A stretch of 64,000 nt of DNA. Source: Ophelia neglecta. Taxonomy: Eukaryota. Where the stretch lies: NCBI GenBank assembly GCA_965285935.1, contig OZ260666.1, positions 65,844,001 through 65,908,000 on the forward strand, in the 5' to 3' direction. Below are positions 27,701 to 36,700 of this stretch, in pieces (within the stretch, counting starts at the first letter, position 1; every line of letters starts with the position of its first letter). Both the position numbers and the translations under genes were made by a program. The notes under the pieces were generated by a model. It made no database searches. It was not told the origin of the DNA and saw nothing but the letters and a program-made list of their open reading frames with translations.

Positions 27701-30700
27701 ACAAGTGTAAGATGAAAGTTATAATCCCTTCTAACTTCAAGGAGATCAAAGCCCGTCTGGCCGTCTGCTTACGTTAGAGTGTTGTACTGGGCTAAAACAG
27801 TGATTGGCCAGACTACTATGAATACTGTTTTATTAATCTGAGCCTTTTCCTTGTTAGAATACCGGTCCTGTCTCCCTGGCCAGTTTTCATGTAGCAGTGG
27901 ACACTGTATTGACCAGGCCTCCGTCTGCGATGGGGAGAGAGACTGCCTAGATACTTCTGATGAGACCAACTGTACTACTCGATATCCCTCCGGAAGATTC
28001 TGTCCAGCTAGCAAGTTTCAGTGTAGAAACTCGGTAAAGTCTTTTTCAATATATACCGCTTAATGGGGAGTCTGCCAGGAATATATAATTTTCTTTGCTG
28101 TGCAGTTTTCAACTTGACCCAATGAAATATTTTCAGTCATTTGGAAAGACTATTGAAGAATATATTAACTGGTGTTGACCATCATTTAGATGTATTATAA
28201 ACTATTGTCTATAATCATATTTACATTTACAGTTAAAAAACCCTCCTCTTATCCCCTTTTAATGCCAGTTTAGGTACTCTGTGATTGAAGGTTTTTAAAT
28301 TAATCTGTATTGCTGATCAGACCAGAATCAACTGTTAATCAATGCCCACCTAGCTCCTTCAATATATTGGCTTCCTAACATTCTCGTCTCCCTGCCCACA
28401 GATTTGTGTAGCCCGGGAGTGGAGATGTGATGGAGATGATGACTGTGGGGACGGCTCAGACGAGACCCAGGCCATCTGCCAGCAGATTGACTGTCCTGAG
28501 GACACAAGATTCCGCTGTGACAACTATAAATGTATACCTAGGTGGCGCCTCTGTGACAAGGTTGACAACTGTGGGGATGGCAGTGATGAAAACAATCATG
28601 AACTATGTAAGTAATATATTTCTTAATTATTTCACAGTATAAATTTTATAAATGTTGATGTAGAATGAAAACAATAAAACCAGAATGCACAATAAAGTAG
28701 TATGAAGGCCAAACACTAACGGAAGTCCAGGTGTCCAATGAATAGAGTTTAATGTACCAGACAAAGAAATAATAATGGCCTTACAGACTTCACTGGCAAG
28801 GTATTTTTTATTTTGTCATAAACTATGTACAAAAATTGCTGTTTGGACTCCCAGGTGCTGCTATCTTGGGCGAGTGCATTCCGAGCCTCCAGTTTAAGTG
28901 TGCCAACAAACGATGTATCTCAGGGACTGCAGTCTGTGATCATATAGATGACTGCGGGGATGCCTCGGATGAGAAGGGCTGTCGTGAGTTCAACTTTTAC
29001 CCTTATCACCCAGCATTTGAAGGCTCTCTCATTTACCTCCCCATAGATACCCCTTTCTCTTAAATCTCCAAATTTTGTTATGTTATGGAAATACTATTAA
29101 ATTACTAAATTATTTCATGCAATACTGGTCAAATTGATTTTTTTTTCCAATTTTATGTCTAACAAACAGCCTGGACTGCTCTTGATTATTTCAGATATGG
29201 GCTCATCTACCAGTTGTGCGGTGGACAATGGGGGATGTGAGCATAACTGTACCCAGCTGCTTGCCAATGACTACCTTTGTCACTGCTATGACGGGTACTC
29301 CATACGACAGGAAGATAAAAAATCCTGTGACGGTTAGTGTTTAAATTATAATCAATGATTGGTTCTGGCTATGACCTTTGATCGATAACAGTCAATTTGC
29401 GATTGGTAAGCACAGGCAATCAGAATTATTTTAAAATGATATTGATAGCAGTTTCAAACCTATGTGGGTATTTAGAATTTTATGGTATTTATTGCTAAGT
29501 TTGACAATAGACTGCGGCTGTGTGTTTGGATTTGACTAATGATGTAGCATCGAGTGGGAAGCATATTTGACCTCAGATTCAGTCAGTGTTCATGTTTCAA
29601 ATGGAAATGTTTTGAAATTTCATCATTTGGAATCTTGGACTGAGAAATGATATTTTCTCTACATTTCTGATCAAATCCATTGCTTATTATGTTATTCAAG
29701 CACATTTTTTGTTGGAGCAACCGACTGACTTTGAACCTTATCAATCACCAGCCTACAACTAATGACAATATGCAAATTGATATATCAATACCTGGCTCAT
29801 TTACATTTTATATTTATAAACAGTATGATAACTGACACCAGTTCCTGTGAAATGGCATTGATATACATAATTCACTCATTATTTTTAAGAAATAATTATT
29901 ATTCAAAGTGGAAGAAAAATAATGGGACAGATGGCGGCAAGAATACACAGTTCTCTCTGAGTACCATACAAGTCCGTTATTAGTTCCTTGGTCTAATACT
30001 GTGTGAAAAATTATTTTGAAGTCCAAAAAGGAAAAAGTTCTTTTTAAATACAAGTTAAGTCCTATTTAAGTTTCTGTAAGTGTCCTCCAAATTTGATGGT
30101 CCCAAAAAGTTAAAATCCCTTAATTGGTATTTCCTTATAGGTTCAATATAAGTGTACTTAAAGTATACTTTTTGTTATCCAAATCTGGGAGGGGTTAATA
30201 TGTTCAAATGTCAACTTTGCAATATGCGGTATATTATTGTTGGTGTTGTTTGGGGTTTTTCGTGGCTTTCAAAACTTATTGGTCATATCGCCACAATGCC
30301 TACTTGTGACAGTGGGCTCGATGCCCTCTTTATAGTGCTGCCTCACTGGAGTACCTGCCGTAGACACCAGACAGGGAACCTCACCCAGTCACATTATACT
30401 GACACCAGGTTGACCAGTCCTGATACTACCCCCGAAATACTGGGCGCCTGCAGGGGAGCTATCAGTACCTATTTTTACGTCTTAGGTTTGATGTGATCGA
30501 GGTTAGAACCCCGTTCTCCCACTTGCGAGGCGGAGGCCCTAACCACTCGGCTACACTTTGGTGGTTGCGGTATATGAAGGTAACCCCTGCTTCCATTACA
30601 AAATACAGTAATAATAAATTTGAGTCCTTTTTTTCAGATATCAATGAATGTGATAGTTGGGGGTTCAAGTGTCCTCAGCAGTGTATGAATGTGAAGGGTT

Positions 30701-33700
30701 CCTACAAATGCCACTGTGCAGAAGGCTTCAGAGATTCCTCATCAGGGTCTGGGAGGTATTGCAGGGCTACAGGTATGTTGACATGTACATGTACATGTGT
30801 CTTTGTGTTAAGGGGTTCAGACTCTCAGGCCATGGCAGCTGCTGCAGAGCTGCAGGTATATTGACATGTACAGGTGTCTCTGCCCTGAGAGGATCGTGCC
30901 AGGGGGGTGTGGGGCACTCAGGGTGGGGGGGGGGGTGCTAATAGTATGATATAGGCAGATGTGTAATAATAGTAGTAGTAGCATTTTATTGCTATAGTTT
31001 TTATTCATGTAAATTACCAACTGTTTACCTACTGGTCTGTTTGTAATAAAAAAGAAATTTGTTAAAAGCAGTAACTATATCTAACATTATTTATGCAGGG
31101 ATAACAACTTTGTGTATTTCCAGGTTATAAAACGATCCAATTAGCTGTTGGACATGAAATCAGACAGATAAGCCTGGATGCTAAGAAGAATGACTATGAC
31201 AACATAATTTTTGCTGAGCTTAGGATACAAGCCATAGATGTGGATACACTAGACAAACTTTTGTATTGGTCAGACTCCTCGCTGAAGAAAATAAAGCGAG
31301 CCATGATCCCAGAGGAACCAGGTCAACTAGGATACCCTCAAGATCTGGGGATAGAGGGAATACAGCAACCTGATGGACTGGCATTTGACTGGGTGGCAAA
31401 GTAAGTCTAGACTTAAACGAAATTAGTCCCTGCCAGTGCTGGGGAGTGAGGGGGGTATAGTAACCTGATGGACTCACATTTGACTGGAAGGCAAAGTAAG
31501 TCTGGGCATTAACTGGAGGGGTCCCTGTAAATTGAAGGGGAGTGACGATACAGCAACCTGATTGACTGGGTTGTAAAGTACATGTAAGTGAAGTATGTAA
31601 AGTAATGGTATTTATACCCCACCACCCTGAAGGCAGAGGTCATATTAGTCAAAGCATGCTCTCAAATTAATTGCATTTCCTACTCTATTATTATCATTAT
31701 TTTTTCAATTGAATAATTGAATGAGCTATGAAATTAATTAATTAAAACACAGTAAATATCCATCAAGACAGATCTTACTGTTAATTGACTTATCCCTTTT
31801 GGAAGCCTAATCTGCAAGTGACATATCAGGATTCCAATATTAAACAGATGGAAGTTTATTTTTAAAAACAGGAACATGTAATGAGAAAATCTCACCTATA
31901 TCAACTTTTGTAATTGTTATCTTTTCCAGGGTTCTATACTGGACAGACAGTGTTCAGGGAGAGATTAACGCTGCCGCAAATGATGGGAGATACAAGAAAA
32001 CTCTCATATCACAGAGCAACTTCCAACCTACAGCCATTGCGGTCAATCCAAAAACTGGGTAAGCCACCGCAAGTCATCTTCCAAATTTTAATTTTATGTT
32101 AATAACTGTTCTTTTATAGTTAGGTTTAGTTTCTTCATGTGCCTGATATATGTTCTTTAGTCATATGTTTAGACCATGAATAAAATCATTTAAAGTAACG
32201 GATAATGTACAAATTATTTGCAGCTCTCTGAAATAATCCATCAGCTAATAGGATACTACTGTTGATTATTAAAGTTGCATAAAATTGCCCCCTCCCCTGA
32301 CCCCGCAAAGCCTTTATCAGGAAGAATTGGAGGATGTGTATTGGGCTTGTGACTTCCATCACAGATGCCAAATTTATCACCTGATTTATTTCACACCCCT
32401 TTTAGCCCTTATGATAATATAAACCCTGATGTTTTCAAAGCATAAAAATGATATTATTTACCAGGATAATTTCCAACAAGAGGTTTTTAGTGATGGCACA
32501 TACAGTGTATATCCATTAGCAGCAGTGAATGGTAAGGTAATGGTATTGAGGTCTTTCACAGGGGTTTTCATCTGTCAGAGAAAGTCATCTATAGTATGTG
32601 ATTCAAGCTGTTTTGACCATAAATCCTGTATACTTGCTGTTCTTTTGTAGTTGGATGTTTTGGACTGACACTTACTCCAGCGGTCCCAAGCTGGAAGCTG
32701 CCTGGATGAACGGAGCAAATCGTACCACGCTGGTCAACACCCGTCTGAGCAACCCCACTGGCTTGACTATAGACTACTGGATGGGAGGCCGGCTCTTCTG
32801 GTGTGATAGCAAGGAAAACATCATTGAAACTATCAAACCGGATGGCACAGACCGGGCGGTCGTTGTCGGCTCAGGTACAGTCAAACACATAGACCATAGT
32901 AGAGACTGAGAGAGTGTTAACATCGATCACACAGTACTTTTTTGGAGCTCCATTTAAAAAAACAGTACTACTGCCATTGTGCATTGTACATGGACTAAGT
33001 TGACACATTGTGGTCCTTTTAAAAAGGTAAACATTTTTTAACTGTTATTTTCTTTACATGCCTTATATTCTATATTCACTCTTCCTAGGCCTGAATCACC
33101 CATTCAGTATAGACGTGTTTGAAAACTCTCTGTACTGGGTGTCCAAGGAGAAGGGGGAGTTGACTAGGATGGACAAATTTGGACGAGGTGTTAACCATAC
33201 AATCCAAGCTGGACTCCCCATGCCACATGCCATTAAGATGTTCCATCAGTTCAAATATGATCTCACCAGTAAGTGACAATTCTCCGCTCTCATTCCACCA
33301 AACTCTGGTGATGTAACCACTTCTGGATGGTACTGCTCACTACACTTAGTCATCAGACATATATCACCCATGGATGAGTAGGTCCACTGCATTGGGTTCA
33401 TAGTCCAATTATGATGGGATTTCTTATCAGTTGATATATCACTTTGGTGATTTCAATTGGAACTTAATTTCAATAATAGTGAGCAGCACCCCCCGGGGGG
33501 GGGGGGGGGGGGGGTCTGGCTTGCCCATGTATGGCCATTTTTTCCCTATCAAGTGGGTCATTACATTTGTATGCCTATCAACATGGTCTAGTTTTCAGCT
33601 TTTGGATGATTTTTTCTATGTAAATTGTACATGGCTCCAATAACATCTCATTATAGTAAGTTGAGGTATTCATGGGAATAATTTGTTGACAATATTATGC

Positions 33701-36700
33701 AGTTCTTAAATATAGTTTTGGAGGTATGCCATGAAAGTGAGCACTATTTATTTTTTTGTTGATTTGATGATTGCTGATCACATACTGAACTAAATTATTA
33801 TTAATATGTATTCCTTTATGAGCACATACCTGTTGTATAGATATTTTAGTTATATATATAATAGTTGTCTGTGTATATTTTCCTATCGGGAGTAAGCTTG
33901 ATATTGTTTTTAACAGGGAGGTGCCAATTAGGTCCTGTATACCCGACCCATGCATGTAAATCGTACCAAATAAAAAAAGCCATGCATGTCAATTACAGCT
34001 TTGGAAAACCAGGCATGTAAGTGTTTGGGGAAGACATGTTCTCCTATAGCTAATCAGCCTGCAGAACGGTACCTATTTAGTTCTAGGAATGAGAGATAAA
34101 CTTTTCAAGAAGGATATTTAATTTAGTTTCATTGTTTGTCTTTCAGTAAAGAATCGGTGTAAAGAGGTTGGATGCTGGCCTCTGTGTTTACTGATACCAG
34201 AGGGCGCCACATGTGTTTGTCCTAACAAAGCAGAGTTCCTACCTGACAGCACCACTGTGTGTGACACGCGTAAGAAACTAAATGCTACTTTGAATTACAA
34301 TACTTATACTACTTTATGAAATACTTTAATGCTACAACTCCTCAGTTTGTGTTGAAGGTGGTATGTGCTATTTCTTACGATAAAGATGCCTGTATTTATT
34401 TTAAAATATGTCAATTTACCTTTCTCTCTCAATAATATAAAACTTTCAATTCCTCAGTGGCTGCAAAGACTATTTGTTGTCATTATAAATACAGTGATCC
34501 CTGTGATGTAGGGCCCCCCGATGAAGCATTTCTAACATGTTTGTGGTTTTCAATGTTTAGCTCACATAGAGGCCAAACCCCTACCGCAGACCTGCGAATG
34601 TCAGAATGGAGGGTACTGCGTTGCCGCGGGAGGCCCAGACGGGCCTATCTACTGCAAGTGCCTTGATGGCTATACGGGTGCCAAATGTCAGAAGGGGCCT
34701 ACATACCTACCCAAGTCTTCGGGTGAGTGGTATCTAAGTATTACTCAGTAAGTAACCAGAGTATTATAAATATAATGTCACTATACTGGTACAGAGCAAG
34801 TTATAATATTTTGTCAAGCAGGAAGGTCAGTTATGCAGTTTAATATTTGTTACTAAACTTATATCGATAATGACATGTAATTAATGGAGAACACCATACA
34901 ATAAGTGTGTATGCATTTCTTATGAACAGAGAGCCAGGGGGGGTGCACTTATATGCTAGCAGGGTACGCACATCCGTAAACATAAAACAAGAAAAGCAAG
35001 CCCAAACAAGGGGCTCAATCAAGGAAAGAACAAACCCTGAACATGACATTATTTTGAATTTGGAGGTCCCTGAAAAGGACAAGTACTAAAAATGATATTT
35101 AATAATAAGGGTGCCGAATACAAACTAAGTTCTGTACCAGGGAGGTATGATTGGTACCTCCAATTGACTTGGTTTAAGTCAATCTTTTGTTCATTAATTG
35201 ATGAGTTGTTTGTTTCAGTGGCTGCCATTGTGGTCCCCATATGTCTACTCGTCTTGATTCTGGTAGCATGTGCTCTGGCTTACTGGTACTACAAACGACG
35301 AGGGTACGTCTCCACACAACAAGTGTATTGTATTGTGTCTCAAAGCAACATGTGTATTTTCCCTCTGCACAAACTTAGTTTTGTGTGTCCACACAACATG
35401 TGTATTGTGTGTCCACACAACTCGTGTACTGTGTCTCCACACAACGCTGGTATAGGGTGTCCTCACGACACGTGTACTGTGTCTCCACACAACGCTTGTA
35501 TAGGGTGTCCTCACGACACGTGTACTGTGTCTCCACACAACACATGTTTGTGTAGCCACACAACATGTGTACTGTGGGTCCACACAACACGTGTATTGTG
35601 TGTTTACACAACACTTGTATTTTGTCTCCACACAACATATATATTGTGTCTCCACACAACACGTGTACTGTGTCTCCACACAACGCGTGTATAGGGTCAC
35701 CACACAACGCGTGTACTGTGTCTCAACACAACACGTGTATTGTGTCTGCACACAACATGTGTATTGTGTGTCCACACAACCTGTGTATTGTGTGTCCACA
35801 CAACCTGTGTATTGTGGGTCCACACAACACATGTAATGTGTCTCACACAATGCATGTATTGTGTCCCCTCACAAAGCATGTATTGTGCCTCTGTGTAATT
35901 TTCCTGCTCACAAAAATGTCTTATTATCAATATTTACCAGTTCAGGAAGTAGCCAGCCTTTATTACATCATAAAGGCTTGCTATACGAACTAACTGAAGT
36001 AAGTTGTGTGACTCCACATTAACTGTTTTCTAATTGAAGGATTTTGATAAAAAATAAAACAATGAAAGAATTTGTCTTTAGTATTCTTAGTATGTATTGG
36101 CATTCTATGACAATTCTTTCTTAACACATTTAAATTTCAATGATTATTCTATCACTTCCAGTGCTAAAAAACCAGCTGAGTCTGGGTCTGTTGGTCAGTT
36201 CAGGCCCGGCACGCCAGGAGAAGTTGCCTTCCATGGAACAAACAACATAGATATTGCAGGAAATTTTGACTATCCACCAGGTGGAGCTGTAAGTAATATT
36301 AGCATTAACCTAACTTAGGTTTGTTGCTATGATATTTGGAAATGTAGCATTGGTATAGTTATCATTTCATCTTCGAGACATGTCATGCAACCCAAACACT
36401 AAAACTTAGAGCATTGCCTTTAATTTTGCATTCTTCATCAAAGTTTTCAATGTTTTTAAGAACTAGTATTTGTGATAAATATAAATATACTTAATACCTT
36501 GTTCATGGTCACGGTGAGAGTTTCAAAAAGTCACAGACAAAAGGAATGTATTCCCCTGCAGTGGCTCATAAAGTGCCCTTTGTGGGTCATGAAATTATTA
36601 AAAATTTAGAGGGAAACATACTCATAAAAAAAAAGAGAAAAGGTTTATTATGCCTGTGATTAAGATATTTTAATCCCAGATTATGCCAAGCATAATATTT

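Noticed and set aside
33495-33514. Long poly-G runs (also near 6075, 30923, 52133, 52173, 62602) as G-quadruplex regulators
   Set aside because: Homopolymers without positional pattern, often inside decayed repeats; lengths are prone to sequencing error.
35245-35993. Several 77-201 aa Cys-rich ORFs on both strands
   Set aside because: By-products of a stop-poor 24-bp minisatellite, not genes.
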